From: Antedon mediterranea
Taxonomy: Eukaryota > Animalia > Echinodermata
DNA length: 64,000 nt
Direction of reading: 5' to 3'
NCBI RefSeq assembly: GCF_964355755.1
Contig: NC_092677.1
Span: 18,312,101 to 18,376,100, forward strand
Every line of letters starts with the position of its first letter. Position 1 is the stretch's first letter. Shown here piece after piece: positions 52,501 to 64,000 of this stretch. The position numbers and the translations under genes were made by a program. The notes below the pieces were generated by a model. It was not told the DNA's origin and made no database searches. It was given only the letters and a program-made list of their open reading frames with translations.

Positions 52501-54656
52501 CATTGTCTTGTCTTATAAAATATATGTTGTTGTTTTTCATTTAAAGATCGAATCATTTTGTTCAATTCTGGTCTTGGAATATTAGATGAATTAGACTCTA
52601 CTTTAGATGTATGATTTTTTTGAATTCCAAAATCTGGAATGAAAAATTCACCTTCTTCATCATCAACCTCTACATTTGGCTTTGGGTTGTCTAACCTTTC
52701 TTTTTCACTTTCTGGACATAATAGGCTCCATGCATCTTCTTGTGGTCCAAATTTTGATAAACATTCCTGTGCTTCTTCAACATCATCAGCACTTTTTTCA
52801 TATTGTTCCCTGTTTCCGTGAACTATTGACTTTACCGTTTTTAATTGACAGCCACATAATTTCACACATCCTTCCTCGTGAAATTGTTCGTACGTTTCAA
52901 AATTTGGAGGTTTTAACTGTTCATCTTTTCGAAATGGTAGAAATAACTGAAGTATACTCAAGAAATATTTCTCAGGTGCTGTATCCATTGGAAATCGAGG
53001 GTATCTTATTATAGCATTACTAGTTCGTGTTCTTTTTTGGATGAATCCCAACTGTTTTTTTAACTGAAATACATTCTTTTTTTGTTTGTTTCCTTTCATT
53101 TCTGATGAACTCAATATTCTATATTCCGAACAAAATTTTGCAAGGCACATTTTATTAAATTCAGAACTATTAGGTCGAGCTTTATATTTGTCGATCTTAT
53201 TTGGCAACCATGCACTTACATCATCATCTTCTTTGTTTTTAATTACACTTAGTGGTAAACTCATTCTGACAGGATTAGGTCCTACTGGGATAAATTCAAC
53301 TTTCCTTGAACATTCTTTTAATCTTAAACTACAAACACGATAAATACTTTCTTGTGCAGACACTTCTCGATTATTCATATAAACATTACCAAGTTTTCGC
53401 AAACTTTGCCTAGCATCTTCATTGCCTTCTTTTACTTCTGATGCTGCATGATTTAACAGTAAACCCATTTCACGTTCAGATTTTGACATATATCCTATAA
53501 CGTAAATTATACATGCATAAACATTTGTAATATATTGAATATCCATATTTGCATTCCATGCTCTCAATAAGGAAGGATTATACTGATTTACCCACACATC
53601 TTGAGGGTTTCTCTTTATAACAATTTTTTCCTCAGTAGCTACACAATTATTTGCTTTCTCAAATGCACTCTGTGTAATACCTAAACTTTGGAAAAGTTCT
53701 ATTGCATTTTTATATGTTTCTTCATTAGTCACAGCATCTTTTACTGAGGTTAACAGCTCCATTGCTTGTTTATTGTCATCATTATCATCATTGTCTTTAT
53801 CCACAATTGTAGGTCTCATAACAAATGTATTTCCAGAAGGTTGTCTGGGAAAGTTAAATCTGCAATTTGTTCCCTTTTTTTTACATGATTTAGAATGTCT
53901 TTTACTGTGAATTTGCACACTTTTAACAATTTCATTCAGTTCACGATCTACAGTTTCACATGGCACAGCACAAGAAATATATTTATCAACAAAATTAATA
54001 ACTTCATTATCTTTATCTGTACCAAAAATAGGAGCATTTTCAACCCATACTAACATATGAACATGTGGACTTCCTCTCATTTGAAATTCAATTCGATAAA
54101 AATAATCTACGACTTTACCAATAGGCTGTGCTTCAGACAAAATTACATTTTTCAAAAAAGTATGAAAGCGTTTATCAAACATTCTGGCAACAGTCACTGG
54201 ATTTGATTTCAACAAATTACATTTATCTGCCCATTCTAATTCTTCAATGTTTCTTTAGTCTCCAGACTGACTTAGCAATGTCGTCATTATTTCTTTCCAA
54301 CGGAAATCAGCACTTGAGAATGAAAGAAAGAATGTTGGTTTTCCAATCTGTCTAACCATTGCTATTATATCTTTTTGTGTAGCTTGCCAGTACGGTGGAG
54401 TTCCACGAATTTGTTTTAGAAATTTATAACCCCTATCAGATTTTAAAATCTCCTGAATTTTGGTAACATTTTTTAAATCGGATACAGTAACTTTGCTAAA
54501 ATCATCTTTTTTACTTGACCCTTTTCGCAATGCAATAGAAATACTTGATAAAATTTGTTGAAGTTCATATAAAGATTGAGCATAAAATATGAATTCTGTA
54601 TTTTGTGCAAACCTGTTATCTATATGCATTAATCTATTGTGAAAATAACGTCCAAG

Positions 54657-57158
54657 CAGGGCTCGCAGAATCCTAAAATATTTGGTTGCCCTTCGGGCAA
54701 GTAGGTTTTGGATTTTGGTTGCCCTCATCATTTTTTTACTTGCCCACTATTTTAACTTAATTTTAACGTTTTATACCGCGACTGCACCGCGAAAAAACGT
54801 CGGTGAAAAACGCCTATGCTTAATACACTGTGGTGTTTTTTTCGATGGATTTTAAAGTAGTGAAAACAATTTTTCAAATTTTTTCAATTACACAGTGATG
54901 TAGGCCAATCTTTTAAGAACATTTTACAGTAATTTATTTTCTCATACGATCCTCCGTACAAGAGTTGCGATTGTTTAATTAACATGGTGTCCTGAAATCC
55001 CTTGAAAACGCTATGTTATTTCTGTTGGTTACGCTTCGTTGCACGGCATTGTTTGTCATCGATCGAAGATGTGTTCCGTTTCGTGAATGAAAAGGCGTAT
55101 TCACGTGGGTTTACTTTGGGAGCAAAAACGTTTTGCTTCTATTGTGCAATGAAATTCCGAAATCAAGCTATTTTGCGATATTTAAAATGTAGTAGCCTAG
55201 ACATGGCACTAATTATCTTACAATTATTTAATAGATATATCTAAAATATTGCCTATAGAAATGTATGCCTCCTAGGCCTAAAAGTAGATTTCAGAAACTT
55301 TGGTTTTCTTAGGCTCTTTCAATTTACTCCGAAATGATTAAATGTTATTTTTATTAGGCCTGAGTGCTTTAATTTAGTAGTTTTTTTTGACAGTATATAA
55401 AAGGATGACGATGACAAAAGTGTATTTCGACCGTGCCAACCCGATGTTGCCGTCATGAAGGCCCTAAAAAGATTTTTCCCACGTGAAATTGAAATGAATG
55501 CATGAAACGTACGCGAAACGTAAATAAACATTGAGAGAGGCCAATTCCTCCATGGAAATAAAATTAATTAATATATTACTCCATCCATGGCGAGAGAAAG
55601 TAAAAATACTTCTTCCAAGAAACCCTTCACAAGTTCTCCGCTTTTTGGGTTTAGCCGCTCTTATGCGGGAAATTGTAAGCCTCCTCTATCTGTTGTGCAA
55701 GGAGCTAGTAGTTGTCTCAGGCAGCGCGCTCTCAGGCAGCGAGCTATTGAAATGTACGATTCCTACAACACGTAAATTGCTAGCCTAGAGAGCAGTGCGA
55801 GTCGCAACCGCTCTGAGAGTGCGAGGAGGAATTACCTACTGAGGCAAACTGCATGCGTGTGAGTGATTTGAACAACTCACGTGACATCAACATCCAATCA
55901 GAAAACAGTATTCTGGCTAGCTGGCAGTTTCGTTGAGCGAAAAAAAATATCGCCGTCCGTCTCTACGTGACGTGAAACAATACGCATGCGTATAGCAAAA
56001 AAACTCACAGCAGCTGCAGCCGTACGTAGTAGGAGCACATGGGTACGGTGTGTGGTGGAGAGTGCGGGCTTGTGGAAGTTTACTTGTTGTTTCAGTAGAA
56101 GCTCGCACAGGTTGGATAAAAACAACCATCTGCTCGCACAAGTTTGTGATTGAAAACAACACAAGGGAACTGTGCCGAATTGTGATGAAAACCACGTGCT
56201 CCGCCAAGTTGGAGTTTTTGAAATTTCAACTCTCGGCGATACCCGAGGAAGTGTATTATTTTCAATGTTGATAATAAAAAATATACTGTAACTATTTAAG
56301 TATTCAATGTATTTATTAAATAAATTATTAGGCCTATTATTTATTAAATTTATATTCTGTAATATTTATAAAAAAAATGGTAGGCCTACTTGCCTGTGTT
56401 AAAAACATCGGCCGGTGCCTATTTGGCACAGACAATTAAAATTACGTATCTATTATAATTTAATAATATACTGTATTTTCAATACAACTGTACATTTGAA
56501 CAATAATTACAGTAATTCAGCAAATTATTTATTACACACAAAATACATAACATGAATGTAATTAAACATAGGCCTAATCTACTATCAGGCTGTAGGCCAC
56601 ATAATTAATACTAAGTAGTAGATTCAGATTTTATTACCACCGTAGAATGATGTCGATAATTGAGAAAAACAAAAACATACTAGCCCCTATTTTATTTGGT
56701 TTATAGTATAACTAGGGAGTTAATTAGAAACTCCCTGGTATAATAACTTCGAATAAGTTAAAAGCCGAGAGTTCAACGCTTCCTATTTCGCGATCAATGG
56801 ATGCCGCAAGAGACCGCGTGCTATATGACAGACCTGGAAACTCTATACGCAACGACTTGATACGCCCGACTGCATAGAAACACATGTTTTGGCTCCTGGA
56901 GATAACGTTCCATACCGCCGAATTCCGATCCATACATTTACTTAACAAACACTACACTGGTCTCGACGTCAAGAGAATTCGTTCGTGCGCGACTATTATT
57001 TTCATTGTTACAGTTTTTCACAACCCCTGTAAAACATCGTGGACATTTTCGGTGATTTTAAGAGGTTGCCCGTCGGGACATGACATGTTAAATTTTAGTT
57101 GCCCGACGTATTTATTTGGTTGCCGCGGGACGTCGGGCAAGCGATTCTGCGAGCCCTG
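54657..57158. mobile_element. 2502-bp non-autonomous TIR element with a 5-bp TSD (hAT5-like), inserted in the RepHel gene
   Basis: CCAAG|CAGGGCTCGCAGAATC ... GATTCTGCGAGCCCTG|CCAAG (16-bp perfect TIR), subterminal TTGCCC/GGGCAA repeats, no transposase ORF. Confidence 0.92.
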
Positions 57159-58164
57159 CCAAGTGTTATTTTAACATCTCTCGTATCATGGAATGTTGGT
57201 TGGCCTGTTGGAAATAAAACTGGAAATGATTTTGCTTCATTGCTTTTATTACTTAACAATGCAATAGGACTATTATTTTCACATGGTGCACAACAAATTA
57301 TGTCATTAAAATATTCATCAACCAAATTTTGTCGCCTGTCAACAGGTTGAAGACTTGTATCAAAGGTAACACCACATAATCGGTCTTCTATTTCTTCTTC
57401 TTTTTCTTCTTCTTCATTGTTTTCATTTTCATTAGTAGTTTCCCTTTCGATGTTATCTTCAGATAAATAATTGTGCCATTCTTCATTAATAGATATATCA
57501 AAATAGCACTTGTTATAATCCTGTAAATATCTAAGAGCTTGAATAACATTGGCAGTGTTAACAAATTTATATTTGTAATAACCTTTGTAAGACAACTTTC
57601 GCTTCAATTTTACAGATATTAATTGATCATCAACCTGTGGTCTAGGAAGCATTTTTACAGTTTCAATAGTATTTGAAGGTACACATACAACAGGTCCATG
57701 TATTCCATGCTGTCCACCTTTAGGTAAATTCATTAATTTCATAAAAGGAATGTTCAATCCAATCAAATGCTGCTCTAAATTATTTAAACACCTAAGCTCA
57801 GGAGGAATATCGTGTAGTTGTAAATTGTTTGAATTGGCTTCTGCAGGGACTTTCCCGTTTAACAATTTCCTGTGGCATGTGAAACAAATCCATAAACGAC
57901 ATCTTGGTGATTCGATAAATTGACAAGGTTTATTACATTCATTGTTGCAAATATGCAAATACTTTTCATTTATACAAGCCTTATTTTTGTACTTAGCTTT
58001 GGTGCACTTCATAACTTGATCTTTGAATAACATTTTAAAGCATACACAACAAACATATTCAGGACCACGAGAAACTGTTTCTCTGAAGTTTTCTAAAACA
58101 AACTCAAAATTAGTGTTTTTTGTTTTCCTTTTTTCCCGATTCTTCATGTTTTTCTTCATGACAT

Positions 58165-58865
58165 TTTTTCGGAACCCTTTTTCACCATGATACTTTTCTG
58201 TAAATCTTTGCTTAACACTTTCACGGAATTTTAAATTACCTCGATATTTTTCTGCCAATTTTAGTTTACATTCGTGTCTAAATTTCAAATTACTCCGATA
58301 CCTTTCTGCCAAATTGTCTTTGCATTTTTGTCTAAATTTCAAATTACTCCGATACTTTTCAGCCAATTTTTCTTTCCAGTTTTGTCTAAATTTTAAATTA
58401 CTCCGATACTTTTCAGTAAATTTTTCTTTACAGTTTTGTCTAAATATCAAATTACTTCCATATTTCTCGGCCAATTTCTGCTTACAGCTTTGTCTGAATT
58501 TCAAATTACTCTGATACTTCTCTGCCATTTTCTGTTTACAGTTTTGTCGAAATTTTAGATTGTTCCGATACTTCTCTGCCAATTTCCGCTTACAGTTTTG
58601 TCGAAATTTCAAATTGTTCCGATACTTTTCTGCCAATTCCTGCTTACAGTTTTGTCGAAATTTCAAATTACTCCGATACTTCTCTGCCAATTTCTGCTTA
58701 CAGTTTTGTCGAAATTTCAAATTATTCCGATACTTCTCTGCCAATTTCTGCTTACAGTTTTGTCGAAATTTCAAATTACTCCGATACTTCTCTGCCAATT
58801 TTTGGGTAACATTTTCTCTGAATTTGGAATTATTACAATACTTCTCTGCTAATTTTTGCTTCAAG
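58165..58865 (-). repeat. 54-bp coding tandem repeat (KQKLAEKYRSNLKFRQNC), about 13 copies, in RepHel
   Basis: Visible in both the DNA and the translation. Confidence 0.92.
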
Positions 58866-61800
58866 TTTTGTTGAAATGCTGGATCATTGTGATACTTTTC
58901 CTTATTTCTTTGATTATTGTTTTGTCTAGTTGTATGTCTAAACATTGTATCTTTGTTGTATCTATTCTTCTTTGTTTCTTTTTTGGTTGTTCGGTATTCC
59001 AAATTAATGTTGTAGTTATGTCTAGCTTTATTTCGAACCTTAACATTATATTCAGGATCACATCTATACATTTTGTATTGGTTTTTTCTGTTATCTTTCC
59101 TTTTTTGGAATTTATAATCATCATCATTACAATATCTCATTTTTTGTGCCTCTTTTACTTTTCGTTTCTTTTCCTCTCTGTATACAGAATCATTTTGATA
59201 TTTGATTCCGATTTCATTTGTTTCTTCTGAATTATTTTTTTCTTCTCTTTCCCGTTTTATTCTCTGTCGATTCTTGGCACTTTCTTTTCTTATTCTATAA
59301 GATTGTTTTCGTTTTCCTCTCAATATTTTGCCTCTGCTTTCTGAACAAGGTTTTTCAACAGTTTTACTCTGTTTGTGTTTTGGTTCTATATCTTCAAATG
59401 TGTCACAAGTTTCTTTTTCCGTTTTCTTTCGTTTCTTCGTTGCCACATTCATATCAACTTGTCCTGTTGTTTCCTGAACATTATTTTGACTGACATTGAC
59501 AGATTCCACTACATTAAAATGGACATTCATGGTGTACAAAATATATATACCATTGTCAGTTGTAACATCATCTATTCTTCCCGGCTTTTTAGCAGAAAAC
59601 AATTGCCACGTCAAAAGTTGATCATTAAATGAATAAATATCTGTATTAAGCAAATTTGCCATTGCACTTATTTCAGTATTGGATGCCCACGTTCCATTAT
59701 CCATAACTCTTTTTTTTAACACATATTCCTTAACTGATCTATATTCGTGACTAATTAATGTATTAATAAACAAGTCATCAGTCTCCAATAAATGATTAGT
59801 AATTGCTCTTCTTAAAAGTAAATGATTATCTTCAGTACCAGAAATAATGTATGAAATTGCACGATAAAAACAATTACCATCACCTGTAATATTTGTAATT
59901 TGAAAAGGATGTCCAATCTGACTAGCTCTGTTAATACCACAATTCATATCGGTATGTTCACAATGAATACGTAATTTATTACACATGTGTTTCTTTTGTT
60001 CTTCTGAGATCGGAATAAATTTAAAATTCTCGTCAGGTCTTTTTCCATACTGAACATTAACAATGTCAATATCACTATCACTTTGCCATCCATTACTTGA
60101 TGAGACATGACCTTCTTTATTATGTTTTTTGCCTTTAACGCTAGAATCAATATTCTTGTCTGGTAATCTTGTGCTACATTTATACTGATAAGACGTACTA
60201 GGTTCATCAACATCGACGTTTCCCAAGTTTCTTTGTTCACAATTATCATCGAGCACAGAAGCGGAACATAACATCATAGACTTATTTTCAATATTTACAC
60301 CAGTCAGTTCAAACTCGGTTTCATGTAAATTACAGTTCATTGACCTTGCTAATCTTATACAATAATCGTACACACCTTGCCAAGATGGACTGTAAAGTAA
60401 AATACTCGTTCCATGTTCACTAACACAACCAAATCGATCTCTTGCATGTGGATCAAATATAAGAAATCCATTTACACGTTTGATAATAGAAAATGTGCTT
60501 CTGTTGAAATTCATAAAAAATGCATCATGTTGGTGTAATTCTTGTTCAAGTGCTTGGTTTAATGACAAGGCTCCATATTCAGCCATAAATTCGAGATTCC
60601 CATCTATTATGCCAAAAACTGATTCTTTTGGAGATATTACAAATGTGTTATCCAAGATATCCAATTCTTTTGGCAGTTCAGAAATCATCAAAAGGTCCTC
60701 ATGCATAGTGGAATCTTTCTGAATGTAACGGTACAACTCGTTTCCAAGAGTTAATATTGTATCAAGGTCTTTGGTGTAAAATTCATTTCCATTCCTTTTT
60801 GTAGAATAAAGAATAGCTACAAGACTATTTGCAACACACTGTTTACCACTTGCAAAGCCAAATCTATAATTCCCTTGATTAAAATTACCCTGTGCTACAG
60901 TTATATTTTCATTACTATTATATAGGCCTACTTGTAATTCATTTATTGATTGTGTTTTCTGCCGTTTTCGTGTATTTTTTTGTTTTGGTACCTCATCGAT
61001 TATCAATTCTTCCGAAAAATTATTTTTTGTTAAAACTTCAAAATCTACATGGATAGTATGTTGCTCACATTTAGGTTTAGTATGGAACCTAATTTTTTCA
61101 GTGACTGCTTTTTTGGATCCGTCATTAATTATCAATACTTTATTTTTCTCAAATTCACAACTTGCACATGTTTGATTTTTATGATCTGTACCATTACTAT
61201 CCAATATTCTAATTCTGTCATTCATTTTGCTATTATTTTGTGCTTTCGCATCGTCAGTCGCTGTGTTGTCGTTTTCTACAGTACATTCCATTTTAAAATC
61301 CTCGTCAGTTTTCGTTTCAGAATTGTCATTATTACCCATGTTCTTTATATCTTTGCCAAACCGTTCCATAATATCACAATCATTCTTTAAATTCAGGTCC
61401 ACATTACCTTGTGCTTTTTTATTATCAATCTTCTTAGTTTTGACAAAACGACCCTTGTTATTTCGTAAACGTTTCGAACCACCACCTGATTGTTGTTGTA
61501 TTCCGTGCGTTACTTTTGTATTTTTCAAATCATCACACATAGGCCTACCACTGTCGTCAATTATTGTTTGTGAATTTCCCAATACATTCGTTTTACCATT
61601 TTCTTTGTTGTATTCTCTGTAAGTATTTGTATTCATATTCCATTCCATTTTGTTATTATTTCGTCTTTCATAGAAATCTTTTACACCTTTGCCAATATAT
61701 TTTACACCTGGTTCTATACTTATACCATTTATAACGCGCTTTCTCCTTTTCTTATTTCCTCTATTTTTACATCTTTTTTTTCTGTTGTCGGTTCTTTTCT

Positions 61801-63094
61801 TTGATCTTACTCTCATCCAATCACTACCAAGTAAATCTTCACTTCCTGTTTGTTGACATTTTAATTTTGCATTATTACAACGTTTTTCTTTATTTTTCGT
61901 TAATTCTGGAAAGTCTGAAGTGACAGATTCATCAGGTTCTAGAATCGTATATCTATTGAAATGACAGGGAATACCTATTTCACCCAACATGTTATCAACA
62001 AAATTACTATTCCCACACATTGAACAAATCCAAATTAACCGGGAATTACATAGTTTGTCTTCAAAAACATCTCTTACACATTTCACATGAAAATATTGAC
62101 TACAACAGTCACATTTTATGCAATTGTCGTCTGCTTTCACTTCAATACTACATAAATCGCATGTATCACCAAACTTTGAAGTCTCCTCTGTACCATAAGA
62201 TAATATGTTTATGATATCATTAATTATTTCTTTAAATTCAGTTGTATCTTTCATAAATTCACAATTGACATTACCTGTATCATCATTTCTCTCGTCTTTG
62301 ACATTCTCAGTTGAACAGCATTTATCAAGTAGGTCCAAGATGTCATTAACAACTATTTTAAATTCTGCTGTCTTATCCATAACTCCATTATTAACATTAC
62401 CAGTTGTATTGACAAAAATCTGCTTTTTACTTGTAACTTCTTTATTCACATTCTTACACAAATAAATTATGATTGTAAAGATAATCAACAAAAAGATACC
62501 AACTACTGCTATGAATTCCATATCCATTATTCAAAATTTGTATAAAAAAATAATTTCTTCAAATTTAAAAACTTTGTTTACAAATTAAATTAAAATGTAT
62601 TCTGCAATTCCAATGAATATTACAATTAGGTTCTTTTTATCAATTCAAACTTCAAAAAAGAAATCCTTGCTACAACAAAATAAATTATTAAAAATTCCAA
62701 AAACAATTCAACTTTATATTGTCTTTTGTTTCTATGACTTTTAACTTTTGTCCTAATTTCTTTTCTCTTTGTCAATATTTTTTTTGTCTGCTTTTTTTCA
62801 ATAATTCGATTATACAATTTCACTGAATAAAAAAATTAGCTTCTGCTTAATATTGGCTTGATGAAATACTTTATATTAATTTAAACTTCTCTGTAATACT
62901 TGGTTATGCTAAATAGTTTCAGATTCTAATTTTTATTCTTTTTACAATTCTACTTAATAACAGATTTAAATAAAAGTGATCTTTAAATCTTCTTTAATTA
63001 ATTCCTTTGTAATAAACTCTGTTTAATATTTATTTCTTTATAATAAGCTTCTGTTTTATTCTTCAAACTTTTGTTTGTATAATCAAACTTTAAC

Positions 63095-63330
63095 TTTACA
63101 CTTTTGCTTTTGCAAAAAATGGTTTTGTAATAAACTTTTGTTTATTAATTGTTTCCTTGTGATTAACTTCTGTTATCTTCAAGGTTTTACACTTTTGCTT
63201 TTGCAAAAATGGTTTTGTAATAAACTTTTGTTTATTAGTTGTTTCCTTGTGATTAACTTCTGTTATCTTCAAGGTTTTACACTTTTGCTTTTGCAAAATT
63301 GCTTTGTAATAAACTTTTGTTTATTAGTTT
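63095..63330. repeat. 90-bp tandem repeat (about 2.6 copies) upstream of RepHel
   Basis: AAGGTTTTACACTTTTGCTTTTGCAAAA recurs at 63181 and 63271. Confidence 0.85.
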
Positions 63331-64000
63331 TTTCTGAATGTTTTAAAGATACTTTTAAAAAATGTTTAAAAAGAAATTGTGCATAAATATTAAAATTCGG
63401 TAACCCCTCGTAGAAACTCTCTTTGGAGAGTGGATCTTTTTCTAAAGACCCGGATCTCTTCTGAGATCCAGTGGGTTTATATAAGACAGTCACCTACAAT
63501 AAAAGAAAAAAAAAAAGAGTTAGTTATTAATTTTAAGATACACTGTACAGTATTAAGAATTACAGTCAAACAATTATAAATTGAATCAGTAGATAAATCA
63601 GTGTTTTTACAAATACCTAAATAATAATATACACATCCCCCCTGTGGAATGTAACATGATCTATTGGGCCTAGCAAAACAAATTAGGACCAACTCATTAC
63701 TAAATTCAGGATAGATCCATTTTATAAAATTGCAAATTTATGTCTGGAGAAACTGACCACCACATTTATGTTAAAAAGGATGATTGTCCCAAATTTTGAA
63801 GTAAATTGTGATAATATATTTGTGACTTTGGTTTATACAATATAAATAAATCACTATAGAAGATATTTTGACCTAAAAATATGTCAAAACTTCATTACAT
63901 GGAATGTGTCGGAAACAAATTCTTTCATAACAATTTCACCTTCAAAATTAATCTGAAAATATGTTTAATTATTCAATGTTCTAATAAAATAGAATTTTAT

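Larger units (their letters stand above)
50514..62527 (-). pseudogene. Helentron RepHel-endonuclease polyprotein gene (about 3168 codons reconstructed), interrupted by one insertion and one nonsense codon
   Basis: HUH motif EFQMRGSPHVHMLVW and YxxxY motif YVIGYMSK. Pif1 motifs GGAGTGKS, IIDEISMV, GDFYQLPPV, QIMRQ, TVHKVQGMT and QAYVGLSRV. EEP motifs HNIQGL, TETW, IYRPP, GDFNE, LIDH. OTU motif GDGNCFYRA...H, VTD-like motif QG..F...GKQC...FDPH, and a PHD finger. Confidence 0.93.
44855..64000 (-). mobile_element. Helentron/Helitron2-type rolling-circle transposon (5' end probably beyond the window)
   Basis: RepHel plus endonuclease gene on the minus strand, and a terminal hairpin next to a T-run at about 44858. 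Continuity across 45-50 kb is inferred. Confidence 0.75.

Noticed and set aside
54657-54731. N-terminus MMRATKIQ... of ORF 54255..54731 and C-terminus RARRIAC... of ORF 57095..62527
   Set aside because: Both are read-through into the inserted element's ends, not real protein termini.
55002-57174. Short ORFs inside the 2.5-kb insert as a transposase
   Set aside because: All are under 100 aa and lack BED, DDE or dimerisation motifs.
58165-58865. CRISPR-like or non-coding repeat array
   Set aside because: There are no unique spacers. It is an in-frame 54-bp coding repeat in a eukaryotic transposon.
51998-62465. Numerous + strand ORFs overlapping RepHel
   Set aside because: They are antisense shadows of a long coding sequence.
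57095-62527. Endogenous herpesvirus or giant virus gene
   Set aside because: The tegument-like DUB is fused to Helitron Rep/Pif1, and no capsid, polymerase or packaging genes are seen.

Overview
AT-rich, intron-rich animal genomic DNA, probably from a marine invertebrate (inference). Three spliced host genes can be assembled by hand. (1) The 3' part of an orphan single-pass membrane protein gene (+, 1..3985). (2) A complete tyrosine aminotransferase gene, TAT (-, 11 coding exons, 24442..10995, about 415 aa). (3) A small signal peptide + Thr-rich stalk + single EGF + TM gene (-, 41534..30909) that the ORF track misses. The right third of the window (about 44855 to beyond 64000) is a large Helentron/Helitron2-type rolling-circle transposon. 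Its RepHel gene reconstructs to one roughly 3168-codon ORF with, in order: N-terminal hydrophobic anchor, PHD finger, herpes-tegument-like (VTD) deubiquitinase, OTU deubiquitinase, 18-aa repeats, Zn/Rep HUH, Pif1 helicase and AP-like endonuclease. Only two lesions break it: a 2.5-kb TIR element with a 5-bp TSD and one in-frame TAA. Its 3' end carries a tandemly duplicated terminal hairpin, and its 3' region holds a second nested TIR element with a 7-bp TSD. Many MITEs, SINE/LINE fragments and satellites fill the introns. All calls were made by eye, with no database searches.
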